Part shown: one piece after another, positions 29,905-39,627 of the stretch
Position numbering within the stretch: the first letter of the stretch is position 1
How the letters are laid out: the number at the start of each line of letters is the position of its first letter
Virus record (IMG/VR): IMGVR_UViG_3300037475_000240
Coordinates: 32,001-96,000 of that record
Direction: 5' to 3' (one strand)
Source: a virus
Length of the DNA stretch: 64,000 nt
The notes under the pieces: generated by a model
Told to the model about the DNA's origin: nothing
The model's input: only the letters and a program-made list of their open reading frames with translations
Database searches by the model: none
Program-made: the position numbers and the translations under genes

Positions 29905-30861
29905 TTACTCCAATGCTTTAATTAAAGGTTCTACATCAACAGGATATGATACATTTAAAATAACTTTATGAGATCCTATTTTATTAATTCCTGCATTAGG
30001 AATAATGACCTCTTCTTTATTTCTAGATAACGGATCTATTTTTATATCTTTATCACCAATAACAGTTCTTATAACTTTAGTGCATCCTTTAATAGCATCT
30101 AATAAAGTAATATTTAAATCACTAATTACAAATTCATCCTCAAGTCTCATATCTTTATCTTTTTCTACATTTAGAACAAGAAAAGCATCAGTATATTGAT
30201 CTATATGTCCAAGATTACCTACAAAATTACCCATTTGATTTAATCTTAATGCATTTTGATCATGAACTCCACCAGGTATAGTTACATTAACAGATGATTC
30301 ACTTTTAATAATTCCATCACTACAAACATCACATTTTTTAGATTGTGCTTTTCCAAAACAAAGATCGCAAGGTTGAACCATAATCATACCACGTTGTTGA
30401 ATCATGACATGACCACTGCCACCACATTTTTTACAACCAGTATTTAATTTAAATTTACCTTGTCCATTACAGGTATTACACTTAATATCTCTAGTATATT
30501 TTATTTCTTTTTTACATCCTAAAATTGACTCAATAAAAGAAATGTTTGTTGAACATTGAATATGTTCTGAGTGCCTAAATCTTTGTACGTTTCCTCCGCC
30601 AGAAAAACCAAATCCACTAAAATCAAAACCTATTCCGCCAGTACCATCGCTAAATTGATCTTCATTTATTTCTCTTGGTCCAGGATTAATAATTCTTTGA
30701 TAAGCCTCATTTATTTCTTTGAATTTGGCTTCGGCATCTTTATTTCCAGGATTTTTATCTGGATGGAGCTTTTTACTAAGTTCTCTAAATTTCTTCTTGA
30801 CCTCATCATCACTTGCTGTCGGATCAATTTCTAACTTTGAATAAGCTTCACTACGATTCAT
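29905..30861 (-). CDS. dnaJ: DnaJ chaperone
   Basis: J-domain HPD, G/F-rich linker, CxxCxGxG repeats, C-terminal domain. Confidence 0.92.
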   Translation of the reverse strand: MNRSEAYSKLEIDPTASDDEVKKKFRELSKKLHPDKNPGNKDAEAKFKEINEAYQRIINPGPREINEDQFSDGTGGIGFDFSGFGFSGGGNVQRFRHSEHIQCSTNISFIESILGCKKEIKYTRDIKCNTCNGQGKFKLNTGCKKCGGSGHVMIQQRGMIMVQPCDLCFGKAQSKKCDVCSDGIIKSESSVNVTIPGGVHDQNALRLNQMGNFVGNLGHIDQYTDAFLVLNVEKDKDMRLEDEFVISDLNITLLDAIKGCTKVIRTVIGDKDIKIDPLSRNKEEVIIPNAGINKIGSHKVILNVSYPVDVEPLIKALE

Positions 30862-31412
30862 TTTTTCTTACCTTTGGGTTTCACTTTGCCAGTCAACAAT
30901 AAAGCATGATAAAGAGCAACAGCAATGCCATCCGCCATATCATAATTTTCTATTTTTATTTTACCTTTTTTGTTAAACTGGTAAGGGAATGTAATTCCTA
31001 AATGTTTAGCGACAAGCTCGGGCATTTGTTCTTTTTTTGGGAAGATATTATTTTCTTTTAATCCGTGCCTAATAGACATCACATTAAACATATCTGGACT
31101 GGCTTTTAAATAATCATAGGCTAATAAACAAACCATTCTATTAAATGTAGTTAACATAATAATTGTTTTAGCAGTACTTTTGCCTTGCATAAATTGAATA
31201 ATTTCTTCAATACCAATATAGTCTGGTTTTATTTCTTCTATAATAGACTTTATCTTATTTCTAGTATCAACTACTCTTTCTATAATAGAACCTTTTTTTA
31301 AAGGCTTTAAATAATTAGCAGAAATAAATTTAATTTCGTTATCATCTACTTCTAATACACAATATCCTATACATGAACTAGAACAATCTATACCTAAAAC
31401 AATTTTACTCAT
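30858..31412 (-). CDS. ruvC: RuvC-like Holliday junction resolvase
   Basis: VLGIDCSSSCIGY, IGIEE, DMADGIAVA RNase-H-fold acidic residues. Confidence 0.8.
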   Translation of the reverse strand: MSKIVLGIDCSSSCIGYCVLEVDDNEIKFISANYLKPLKKGSIIERVVDTRNKIKSIIEEIKPDYIGIEEIIQFMQGKSTAKTIIMLTTFNRMVCLLAYDYLKASPDMFNVMSIRHGLKENNIFPKKEQMPELVAKHLGITFPYQFNKKGKIKIENYDMADGIAVALYHALLLTGKVKPKGKKK

Positions 31413-31431
31413 AGAGTATTATATAACAAAT

Positions 31432-31460
31432 AAAAAAGGGATACATCACTGTATCCCTTT
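31432..31460 (-). terminator. rho-independent terminator after the SSB gene
   Basis: Minus strand AAAGGGATACA-GTGA-TGTATCCCTTT followed by further T residues. Confidence 0.8.
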
Positions 31461-31488
31461 CTTCACACTTCATTTAAGCTATTAAAGC

Positions 31489-32169
31489 TTATTGTCCATC
31501 ATAAGCTGGAAAAGAACCATCCAACTCTTCATCGTCAGTCATGCTAACGGTTGGGGCTTTTACGGCTGGCTTTACAGCTGCAGTAACGGCACCAGTTGAA
31601 CCACCATTAATCTTGTCAATTCTCTTTTGAACCAAATCAGGAGTTGGTGGAGTTACTTTACGCTTCAATTCATCTAAATCAGCACTATCTTTGATAACTT
31701 GATCCGCGGCAGATAATGGCTCTTTTGGTACTGGTTGTACTGAATAGTATCCAGTTGCGCCACCTTGTTTGTCAACTACGATATTAAGATCGTACTTGGT
31801 TGGATCTCCCCATTTTGGATTCTTGGCTAATTTTCTAACTGTAGAAAAAATAGCATAAGAAATATCTAAAATCTTATAGGTATTAGTCTTACGGCTAATT
31901 ACGCCAAGCAACCAACGTGGCTTTGCTTTATCTCCCATATCACACAATGGACAGCTGCCATGAACAGCTGAACAATATACTTTTTGACCAAACTTGTCAG
32001 TTTCGTCTTTTTTGTATTTATGAACTAAGAATTGAAAGGGTTGAGTAATAAGTCTAACCTCATTTTCACCCTCATCTAATTTAAGCCAAATATCCTTATT
32101 TGACTCTTTCTTGTTTCCACCAGTATATACGTCATCACTCCAATTAACTTCACCGAATGTTGTTGTCAT
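31489..32169 (-). CDS. single-stranded DNA-binding protein (gp32-like phage SSB)
   Basis: WLKLDEGENEVRL, C..H.SCPLC Zn site, WGDPTKYDL, acidic C-terminal tail; GGAG RBS. Confidence 0.7.
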   Translation of the reverse strand: MTTTFGEVNWSDDVYTGGNKKESNKDIWLKLDEGENEVRLITQPFQFLVHKYKKDETDKFGQKVYCSAVHGSCPLCDMGDKAKPRWLLGVISRKTNTYKILDISYAIFSTVRKLAKNPKWGDPTKYDLNIVVDKQGGATGYYSVQPVPKEPLSAADQVIKDSADLDELKRKVTPPTPDLVQKRIDKINGGSTGAVTAAVKPAVKAPTVSMTDDEELDGSFPAYDGQ

Positions 32170-32248
32170 TTTATTCTCCTGTTATTATCTATTGTACTAT
32201 AAGTACTTTTCTATTTAACATTAAACGAACTTATTATCTTTTTAACAC

Positions 32249-32566
32249 TTAACGTGAAAATCTAACATAACGAGTACGATTATGATCGGTTGTACGACCA
32301 AACTTTACACTAACTTTATTGTTACGTAATCTGCTAACGACTCTATTCAATACTACTCTAAGAGCACTTGGGGAGCCTGGTAACATAGCAGAATTTTTTC
32401 TACCTAAAGTTGATACTAGTGCATTGGTTAAATCGGTCATTGTACCGGTCCAAGCAGTGCCTTTTCTCATACCTTTTACCACACTTACTACTCCATTAAA
32501 AACAACACTTTCTACGCTGTTTTCAACGGTTCTTCTACGTACATTTTTCTTACTATTAGATGCCAT
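32249..32566 (-). CDS. small basic DNA-binding protein, probable stand-alone winged helix
   Basis: WTGTMTDL..L...LPGSPSALRVVLNRVVSRLRNNKVSVKFGR; strongly basic. Confidence 0.55.
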   Translation of the reverse strand: MASNSKKNVRRRTVENSVESVVFNGVVSVVKGMRKGTAWTGTMTDLTNALVSTLGRKNSAMLPGSPSALRVVLNRVVSRLRNNKVSVKFGRTTDHNRTRYVRFSR

Positions 32567-32597
32567 ATTATGCTCACTTTCTTACTATTTTTGTTAT

Positions 32598-32906
32598 TTA
32601 TTTTGCTTTAAAAAGCAAATTTTTTATTGATAAAACTCTATGTGATGGAAGTAACATTTCAAAAATATTTTCTTTTGAAATTTGAGTTATAAATGTAACT
32701 ATATCTTTTAACGCAACTTCAATTTCAGTTGACGATACAAAGCAACCTTTCACTTGAATAAATCCTAAAAGAAGTTCTGGTTTATCTAAAGACAAGAAAT
32801 AAATTTTATTTTTACCTTCAGTCATTTCCACTAAATGTGGTGGCTTTTTAGATACTCCACCAACATTTGGTATTCCTACTACACTTAATCCAATATCACT
32901 CGACAT
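32598..32906 (-). CDS. hypothetical protein
   Basis: Likely start MSSDIG at 32906, overlapping the recA end. Confidence 0.55.
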   Translation of the reverse strand: MSSDIGLSVVGIPNVGGVSKKPPHLVEMTEGKNKIYFLSLDKPELLLGFIQVKGCFVSSTEIEVALKDIVTFITQISKENIFEMLLPSHRVLSIKNLLFKAK

Positions 32907-34083
32907 GGGCAGCCTTTCTTCCACGCTTTTTTGGAGCTTCATCAGAAGTGTCTTCAACGTCAATGGATTTTGCTAACTTTGCTTGTTGTTCAGCTCTTTT
33001 AAGTTCAAGCCTATTATCACGAGCACTAGAAATTTTTTCTTCTAACTCTAAACATAAAGCAGAATCATTCTGTAAAGCATCACAGAATTTACCAAATCCT
33101 ACCCACTTATAATCCCCATATTCATGAGATACTGTGCTTGGCTTCTTGACAACGTCATAATCAATCGCTAACTGAGCGACTTCGATGTGACGATCTATAA
33201 CACCAATTCCGAAGTCTACTTTAAATTCACATTTTCTTGGCCAAGGACCAAATTTTGATTTTTCTATCGTGGCACGGATAGTTTGACCAATTTTATTTTC
33301 TTTTTCATCAAGAATCTTAGCATCAGCTCTATTAACTGGTTCAAAATAAACGTTAGCGCTCAAAAAGTGAGCATAACTATTTCCGCCAGAGAAAGAATGA
33401 TCAACGCCATATGGATCCATATTGGCTTTTTTATGATTGATAATAATAAAAGGGATATTAGCTTTGCTAACCTCTAGTGACAATTTACGAAAAGTTGTAG
33501 TTAAAAATCTAGCAAGTAAAGCCATATTCATTTTACCAACAGCTGAAACGTCTTCGCCAGGAGGAATAATTGATCCTAATGAATCAAGTACAACAATATT
33601 AATATTGAATTCTCCTGCTACAATTTTATCTAATAATCCTTCTTTAGATTTACCTTTAAGAATATGTGTCTTAGCATCTTCTTTAGGAACACCAAGAACC
33701 ATTTCAAAACATTTTCTACCATTAACGGCAGTATCTCCTTCAACTAAGATAACTCTTGAAGTATCAACACCTAGAGCCTCTGCCCAAGTAGGATCAAAAG
33801 TACCTTCAGCATCAATAAATAGCTGTTGAGATGTTGGATCTTCTGCTTGAGCTTGTTTCATAGCAATCATTGCCATGAGTGTTTTACCTGATCCTGCTGG
33901 ACCATAATATTGAATAAGTCTTCCTTTTGGCAATCCACCTGAAGACAAAGCATCATCTAATAATAAAGAACCGGTTTGAATTACTGGTAGTTTTTGACCA
34001 ATAGTTTCATGTGCAAATTTATAATCTAATTGATCGGCTGAATCTGCATAACTCTTAAAAAACGCATCTAATTTGTCTGACAT
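32896..34083 (-). CDS. recA: RecA/UvsX recombinase
   Basis: TGSLLLDDAL..GGLPKGR, GPAGSGKT, FIDAEG, VVLDSLG, GG..HF, KSKFGP; ATG 34083 with GGGAG RBS. Confidence 0.92.
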   Translation of the reverse strand: MSDKLDAFFKSYADSADQLDYKFAHETIGQKLPVIQTGSLLLDDALSSGGLPKGRLIQYYGPAGSGKTLMAMIAMKQAQAEDPTSQQLFIDAEGTFDPTWAEALGVDTSRVILVEGDTAVNGRKCFEMVLGVPKEDAKTHILKGKSKEGLLDKIVAGEFNINIVVLDSLGSIIPPGEDVSAVGKMNMALLARFLTTTFRKLSLEVSKANIPFIIINHKKANMDPYGVDHSFSGGNSYAHFLSANVYFEPVNRADAKILDEKENKIGQTIRATIEKSKFGPWPRKCEFKVDFGIGVIDRHIEVAQLAIDYDVVKKPSTVSHEYGDYKWVGFGKFCDALQNDSALCLELEEKISSARDNRLELKRAEQQAKLAKSIDVEDTSDEAPKKRGRKAAHVE

Positions 34084-34187
34084 TTTATCTCCCACGCTCC
34101 GGGACTTGATTTCCTACTAGATTATATCTGACCGCTATTTTACTTATTTTATCTTTAAAAGATTTTTAATTAAAGCTTATTTTCTAT

Positions 34188-34694
34188 TTATTCCCAGCCC
34201 TCAGCCGTTTTTTCTGGCTTTAGACCATATCCTAAGATAGTTCTTCTTAATCCGGCAGCAATATCTTTGTAATGATGGTGCGCTCGAATTAATATGTCAT
34301 ATTTTTTTTCTAGTACTACTTTACTACCCTTTGCTTTTGCTAATTTGATTTGTACTGCTTCTACGTCAGTGGAAGATTCACCTGCCCACTTTTTCATATC
34401 AGCTGTTGTTTTTGATCCATCAGGAGCAGTATACTCCAAGGATACTCTATTTTTTGTACTATTTACTTTAGTCTCTAGGTAGCCAACTGTCTTGACTATT
34501 TTACCTAAGTATTCTGTTAATATATCAGCCCCTCTTAAAGATTGTTGTTGCAACATTTCGGCATGTGCCAAATCAATTGCATCTTCAATTTGAAGTTTTG
34601 ATAATACTTGCTGTATTTCAGTTAAATCAAAACTTATAAAGTCTTCTTCTAACTGATCTCCTAACAAATCACCAAGTCTTACTTGTTCACTCAT
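34188..34694 (-). CDS. putative UvsY-like recombination mediator
   Basis: 168-aa coiled-coil protein immediately upstream of recA; inferred from size, helicity and position. Confidence 0.45.
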   Translation of the reverse strand: MSEQVRLGDLLGDQLEEDFISFDLTEIQQVLSKLQIEDAIDLAHAEMLQQQSLRGADILTEYLGKIVKTVGYLETKVNSTKNRVSLEYTAPDGSKTTADMKKWAGESSTDVEAVQIKLAKAKGSKVVLEKKYDILIRAHHHYKDIAAGLRRTILGYGLKPEKTAEGWE

Positions 34695-34747
34695 GGTGTC
34701 TTACCTCTTAATATAAACTGCTGAACTTTTTCTCGACAAATAAATTA

Positions 34748-35071
34748 TTATTTGTTTTTTAATTTTTCGTCATATTCAGCAATTTTTGCTTTCATTTGAC
34801 TACATATATCGGTTACTTGGTCTTGCATTAATCTTAAATGTTGATGCTGCATCAGTGACATTAAAAATAAAAATACTTCAAAACTTGTTTGCCGTTTGCT
34901 GGGTGGTTTTAAAAAAATAATAATTCCACTAGCATCTGTTTCAAACAAATCCATAAATAAATCTTCACCTTTATTAGTTAATGTAGTGTAAGATTTAACT
35001 ATTTTTTCGTACATACCCCATTCGTCTTGAGTCATTTCAAGTCTTTTATTATCTACAACTCTAATTGACAT
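34748..35071 (-). CDS. hypothetical protein
   Basis: Likely start MSIRVVDN at 35071 (AAGGA RBS). Confidence 0.6.
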   Translation of the reverse strand: MSIRVVDNKRLEMTQDEWGMYEKIVKSYTTLTNKGEDLFMDLFETDASGIIIFLKPPSKRQTSFEVFLFLMSLMQHQHLRLMQDQVTDICSQMKAKIAEYDEKLKNK

Positions 35072-35079
35072 AATTATCC

Positions 35080-35400
35080 TTACACATAATATATACAAAC
35101 GGCACATGATAATTCTTCTGGATCATCATAATTAACGTCTCCTACTAAAATTACTTTATCTTCAGGACAATCATCATTCAATTGAATTACAGAATTTATA
35201 TCAAAAGAGCATTCAGCCTTTAATTTTTTTTCTGAAATAGGATTAACAATAACTGTATTTACTTTTATATCCCATCTCTCAATACTTATCCAAGCATCAA
35301 TAAATTTAGTCTTTTCACAATAAACACAATGCGGATGAATATGATTTAATCCTGACTCAGCGAAGTCGATAAATTTTAAAATTTCTTGTTTAGTAAACAT
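35080..35400 (-). CDS. hypothetical protein
   Basis: 106-aa ORF in operon. Confidence 0.55.
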   Translation of the reverse strand: MFTKQEILKFIDFAESGLNHIHPHCVYCEKTKFIDAWISIERWDIKVNTVIVNPISEKKLKAECSFDINSVIQLNDDCPEDKVILVGDVNYDDPEELSCAVCIYYV

Positions 35401-35408
35401 ATTATACT

Positions 35409-36176
35409 TTAACCTGACCTTGAAAAACTATTTTTTCCACGACTGGCGCCGGATTCAAAATTATCTCTAGAATTAGCTACGCGATCGTGCATTTGTTGCA
35501 ATTTTAATAAATCTTTATTTGAAGTTAATCCACCTTTAGAGTTAGCCATAGCCAACACTGCCGCTGGAATTTCATCATCATTAGTATCTAATAAAGAAGA
35601 AGCGATTGGGTTATCATATTGCATCATAGATCCTAATTCAGCTAGCTCTTCAGGATCTGCCCCTTCTCCGTCATTTTCAGATATGAGCGCAGCTCCAGAA
35701 CTTGATCCTGCTTTTTTGATTTGGGCTGCCAAGCTTTTAAGATGTTGAGTTTTGTCGGCAGTATTTTTGAATCCATCAATATTTGGTCTAACTGCTTCGG
35801 CTCTTTTAAAAAATTCATCCGTCTTCTGATCGGATTGAATTTTCTTCACCTCCACTTCTTCCTCTTCACCATTAGCGGATTTTACTTTAACAACAGTTGT
35901 TTTTTCTAACTTAGTATTTAAATCTTCAACTATAGATTTAGGTAAGAAATTAATTAGTGTAGGAGAATCAGTTTTTACATACGAGTGATTTAATAACATC
36001 CAATCATTAAGTTGATCTGGGTATGCAGACAAGCTCTCTATTGTAGCACTTAAAGTTAAGAATAAAGTCTTAAGTTGCTCATCCATAATTTCTGCGCCGC
36101 AAAAAGGACACTTGTTAGTATCAATTGCGTGTTTCCATTTTGGATTAATTTCGGTTTCACAAGATTTACATTTCAT
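35409..36176 (-). CDS. zinc-ribbon protein
   Basis: MKCKSC...CPFCG N-terminus. Confidence 0.65.
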   Translation of the reverse strand: MKCKSCETEINPKWKHAIDTNKCPFCGAEIMDEQLKTLFLTLSATIESLSAYPDQLNDWMLLNHSYVKTDSPTLINFLPKSIVEDLNTKLEKTTVVKVKSANGEEEEVEVKKIQSDQKTDEFFKRAEAVRPNIDGFKNTADKTQHLKSLAAQIKKAGSSSGAALISENDGEGADPEELAELGSMMQYDNPIASSLLDTNDDEIPAAVLAMANSKGGLTSNKDLLKLQQMHDRVANSRDNFESGASRGKNSFSRSG

Positions 36177-36248
36177 TATTCGCTCACTTTATTTATATCT
36201 GCATATAAATTTAATAATTTAGATTTTATGACTTTTAAATTATTCATT

Positions 36249-37136
36249 TTATTTCTTTCTTGGTCTTCCTCTTTTAGGTTTTTCAGACAAAGCTGAATCT
36301 GCTTTATTAAGTGCATTATATAGTCCAACAAATACTGGACTATCATGAAGAGATAATGAAGCGTCTGAAGATCCAAGAAAACTACTGGAGGCATAGTTAG
36401 TAGAGTAGGTATAATTTTGTGGATTTAAATCCGAACATAATTGTACGCCTCCAGTAGATTCTGGAATTCCATTAAATGAAAGACTAGAAAAATTGACTTT
36501 AGTGGGAAAGTCAGAATTTACTATAAATAATTCATTTGATAACGTTTGTTGTAGGTCTTCCACTTCTGAAAAATTAGCTTCTTCCATACTAACTTCAGAC
36601 GTTACGAGGACACCTTCATCGCCGAGGCGAATTTGATTTACCAGCCCTTGGTCAGTTTTTTTTCCTGACTCATTAGTCCCTACAAAAGTTTCTGTGTTGT
36701 CTGTAATTGTTTCCCATACCTCTGGCTCAGGAATAAATGCACATGGAACAGGTTTCTCAACATTAGTTGGAAGAAACTTTTTAAAGTGCTTCTGTACTTC
36801 CTCTGGTTTTGGTTTATTTCTGGAATACTTAGGCTGATCTTGCCCGATTAACTTTAATTGAAAATTAGATAATATATAACCAGCAAAATCTTCTACGGTC
36901 GAATTATTTTTACTAAATTCAATTGTCTTTTTTAGAAAGATGGCTAAACTATTATCTTGTTGAGTTTCTTCTGAAGTAGGAGGTGCAAAAATATCTTCAT
37001 CATCCTCTACTAAAATTGTTCCTGTTTCTGTTTGAAAGGCATTTACTGGCATTTTATCTTTTTTAAACCAACGCCATGCTGTTAAATAGCTGACACCTCT
37101 TTTATCACACCACTCAGATAATTTTATAGTTTTCAT
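36249..37136 (-). CDS. DNA-binding protein: IS607-TnpA/MerR-like N-terminal HTH plus C-terminal AT-hook
   Basis: KLSEWCDKRGVSYLTAWRWFKKDKMP...QTETGTILV; ends PKRGRPRKK; no serine-recombinase catalytic domain. Confidence 0.7.
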   Translation of the reverse strand: MKTIKLSEWCDKRGVSYLTAWRWFKKDKMPVNAFQTETGTILVEDDEDIFAPPTSEETQQDNSLAIFLKKTIEFSKNNSTVEDFAGYILSNFQLKLIGQDQPKYSRNKPKPEEVQKHFKKFLPTNVEKPVPCAFIPEPEVWETITDNTETFVGTNESGKKTDQGLVNQIRLGDEGVLVTSEVSMEEANFSEVEDLQQTLSNELFIVNSDFPTKVNFSSLSFNGIPESTGGVQLCSDLNPQNYTYSTNYASSSFLGSSDASLSLHDSPVFVGLYNALNKADSALSEKPKRGRPRKK

Positions 37137-37212
37137 GTCTTACCTTTGAAGTACCATCTAATAAATTTTGTTTAACAGATAATGGTCTTAAATTGTCTAA
37201 TACCTAACATTG
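37135..37212 (-). pseudogene. remnant C-terminus of an HNH-type homing endonuclease
   Basis: Reads QC*VLDNLRPLSVKQNLLDGTSKVRH (TGG-to-TAG would restore the CW.L.NLRPL...N tail). Confidence 0.45.
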
Positions 37213-37247
37213 TTGCAATATATCATCATTACAATAAATATTGCAAC
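37212..37247. repeat. perfect 10-bp inverted repeat (GTTGCAATAT-N16-ATATTGCAAC), candidate operator
   Basis: Read directly; overlaps the TGATATAT promoter-like element upstream of the HTH gene. Confidence 0.6.
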
Positions 37248-37319
37248 GTAAGCATATCTATATTTCACATTATTGATAGACTTGAAATAAAATCTATTCA
37301 ACATACATCATATATATCA

Positions 37320-38579
37320 TCAATCATTTACATCTTCATCCAAGTCAATTAGCCCTTCATCATACAAGGCATCTTCAATTCTTTCCATTAAGTTAGTGAG
37401 ATCATTAGGATTTTCGATTACATTTTCATTTATTGCGGCGGCACCTTTGGCTTTAGCTAGCTTTAAATTAACTTTTTTAGGCTTTAAATCTGCTGGAACT
37501 GCTGGTTGAACAGATAAATCAAACAATTGATTTAATATAATTCCAATATCATCTTCATAAATATTGGTAGTACCAGAAAAGCTTAATGCAATGCCCGTAT
37601 CAAATTCCGCCTTACTATTTACTTCTTTAATACGCTTTTGTACGTCTGCCCACCTATCTGGGAAAATAGTGCAAGAACACTGCTCACCATTCTTATCTTC
37701 GATAATAGCCTTAATCATTGGCATGCCGTAGTATTTGCTAGTTTCTTTTTTTACCTTAAATTCGAAAAAACTTCTAATAATACAGTTTACTGGCTCAATT
37801 GTAGATTTATTTCCCGCCTTTTTAATATCTTTGATTGTTCTATGATCCCCGGCAAAGAAAGCCTTGTAAGCTTGATATGGCTTACAAATAAAGGACTCGT
37901 TTAAGTAAAACTGTTCTAACGCATATTTTTCTGATAAACTCCAATCTTGTTCGTTTACCCAAGGATAAATAAAATCTTCCTTAGATGGATCATGTTTTTT
38001 CATCCAAACTTGTAGTTTCTTTCTATAATCTGAACAATATAAAAACATATGTTTTCTAGAAATATTAAAACTATCTAAGCAGCCTGAAGCTGCCAAAGCT
38101 TGAATTGTATTAGCTCTTACCTTCTTTGAATCTACTCTTGACATAAAATCTAAGAATGAAGTAAATGGTCTCTTAGTAATAATATCATTAATAGCATCTT
38201 CACCTACATACTTCAATGCATCCAAACCCGTAATTAATTTATCTTCACCTTCCATTGTATAGGACAATAGTGACTTATTTATGTCTGGGGCAATAATTTT
38301 TACTTTATGTTGTCTAATTTCTTTCTTAATTTTTTCAATATTTGCTTTTGCATCTGGAGAATTTGATTTTACTTCCATCATTAAATTAGATAATAAAAAT
38401 TCAATAGGATAATGTGCTTTCAAATACGCAGTTTTATAACTTGTCATAGAGTATAAAACAGAATGTGAATTAGATGTCAGCATCCCATTAGATAAATAAA
38501 ACTGATGATCTGGATGATTAACTTCTAAATCATAAGTTTGAAAATTACCGACTGGTGTTATTTTTTTAATATTACCCAT
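37320..38579 (-). CDS. dnaE: DNA polymerase III alpha, C-terminal half with N-terminal split-intein C fragment
   Basis: IntC MGNIKKITPVGNFQTYDLEV...FYLSNGMLTSN | SHSVLYS..YKTAYLKAHYPIEF, PDINKS, HhH and OB fold; ATG 38579 has an AGGTGA RBS (ORF track uses GTG 38588). Confidence 0.9.
   Translation of the reverse strand: MGNIKKITPVGNFQTYDLEVNHPDHQFYLSNGMLTSNSHSVLYSMTSYKTAYLKAHYPIEFLLSNLMMEVKSNSPDAKANIEKIKKEIRQHKVKIIAPDINKSLLSYTMEGEDKLITGLDALKYVGEDAINDIITKRPFTSFLDFMSRVDSKKVRANTIQALAASGCLDSFNISRKHMFLYCSDYRKKLQVWMKKHDPSKEDFIYPWVNEQDWSLSEKYALEQFYLNESFICKPYQAYKAFFAGDHRTIKDIKKAGNKSTIEPVNCIIRSFFEFKVKKETSKYYGMPMIKAIIEDKNGEQCSCTIFPDRWADVQKRIKEVNSKAEFDTGIALSFSGTTNIYEDDIGIILNQLFDLSVQPAVPADLKPKKVNLKLAKAKGAAAINENVIENPNDLTNLMERIEDALYDEGLIDLDEDVND
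38469..38579 (-). mobile_element. split intein C fragment (~37 aa)
   Basis: Block F YDLEV..H.FY, block G ending SN, followed by Ser+1. Confidence 0.88.
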
Positions 38580-39627
38580 ATACTTCACCTATCTTATAAA
38601 TTCCTGGTTGATTATCATTAAGTATCTTTAATAATCTATCTAAACACTCTTGTTTAAAATATGAATTATCTATTTTTTCTTTATTAATTTGTTTAGTTGA
38701 ATATTTAAATTGATCATGAGATATTCTAATTAATAAATAATTATGTTCTTTAATAAAAATTTCTACTTCTTGATCTCTAGTTTGATTTTTGATTAAAATT
38801 TCTTCACCAAAAATATCTTTAAAATGAATAGCTCCATCAAACTCTATAAATATTTTGTTTGTATTATCTTTAATATCTATTTGTCTTCTTAATGACTTAG
38901 AAGAAAAAGCCTTTGAATTAATAAATTGATTTCTTTTAAAATCAAATCCTGGTAAAGAAACCACAAAATCAAATAATATTTTTTCTGGTTTACTTTGAAA
39001 AGAAGAAATCATTGGAACAATACATTTTTCGTAAAAATCTTCTGGATTTTCATCTCTCCATTTTTGTAATTGTTTAGTTCTTTGTTCTAAAATTTCGGGG
39101 CGGGCAGAAGTTTTTTTAGCAGCTTCAGACGCTTTTGTTTTCATTACATCAGATTGATTAACTTCTGTCATCACTTTAGCGCGCCGTTGGCGCTCTTCTG
39201 GATTATTTATAATGGCAGCTTTTACTCCTATACTAACTTTCTCCCAATATTCTGTTAAATCTGTACCGTTTTCAATAGCTTGATGTAGCCAAGAATTTTC
39301 TGAAGCATTTTTAGCATATTTTTGTGAAGACTTTTCAGAAGTAGTAGTTCCTTCATAATCTTTTGGATTAATATTGTGTATCTTTTTTAAATGAATTCCT
39401 AAATTTTGAGCATGAAAATTACAAATTTTACACACAACAAAATCAATACCTTCTATTAAGTTTTTACTATCTTCAATACATTGTTTTAAATGAACTATTA
39501 TTGTGTCTTTTGATCTACATTTATAGTTGCAATATTGACAATAATAGTCAAGTCTTCCTTTATTATCTTCCACAATGGAAGCATCTCCCCACTCTCCTCT
39601 ACGCGAAATTTGTGGCTCATTGTACAT
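38572..39627 (-). CDS. free-standing Vsr-like/DUF559 homing endonuclease with C2H2-type Zn fingers, between the intein halves
   Basis: CQYC..H, CKIC..HLKKIH; SKPE...QIDI..IFIEFDGAIH..RD...LIRI; likely start GTG 39573 (GGGGAG RBS). Confidence 0.8.
   Translation of the reverse strand: MYNEPQISRRGEWGDASIVEDNKGRLDYYCQYCNYKCRSKDTIIVHLKQCIEDSKNLIEGIDFVVCKICNFHAQNLGIHLKKIHNINPKDYEGTTTSEKSSQKYAKNASENSWLHQAIENGTDLTEYWEKVSIGVKAAIINNPEERQRRAKVMTEVNQSDVMKTKASEAAKKTSARPEILEQRTKQLQKWRDENPEDFYEKCIVPMISSFQSKPEKILFDFVVSLPGFDFKRNQFINSKAFSSKSLRRQIDIKDNTNKIFIEFDGAIHFKDIFGEEILIKNQTRDQEVEIFIKEHNYLLIRISHDQFKYSTKQINKEKIDNSYFKQECLDRLLKILNDNQPGIYKIGEVYG

Noticed and set aside
36176-36394. 72-aa minus-strand ORF overlapping the end of the HTH/AT-hook gene
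   Set aside because: Mostly an alternative frame of the upstream gene; at most a ~23-aa MNNLKVIK peptide, which cannot be supported.
36249-37136. Active IS607 element
   Set aside because: Only the HTH is similar; no serine-recombinase domain and no tnpB.
38572-39627. Group I intron interrupting dnaE
   Set aside because: The endonuclease ORF overlaps both flanking coding regions, leaving no room for ribozyme structure; the C-half has its own RBS and ATG and both halves carry intein blocks.
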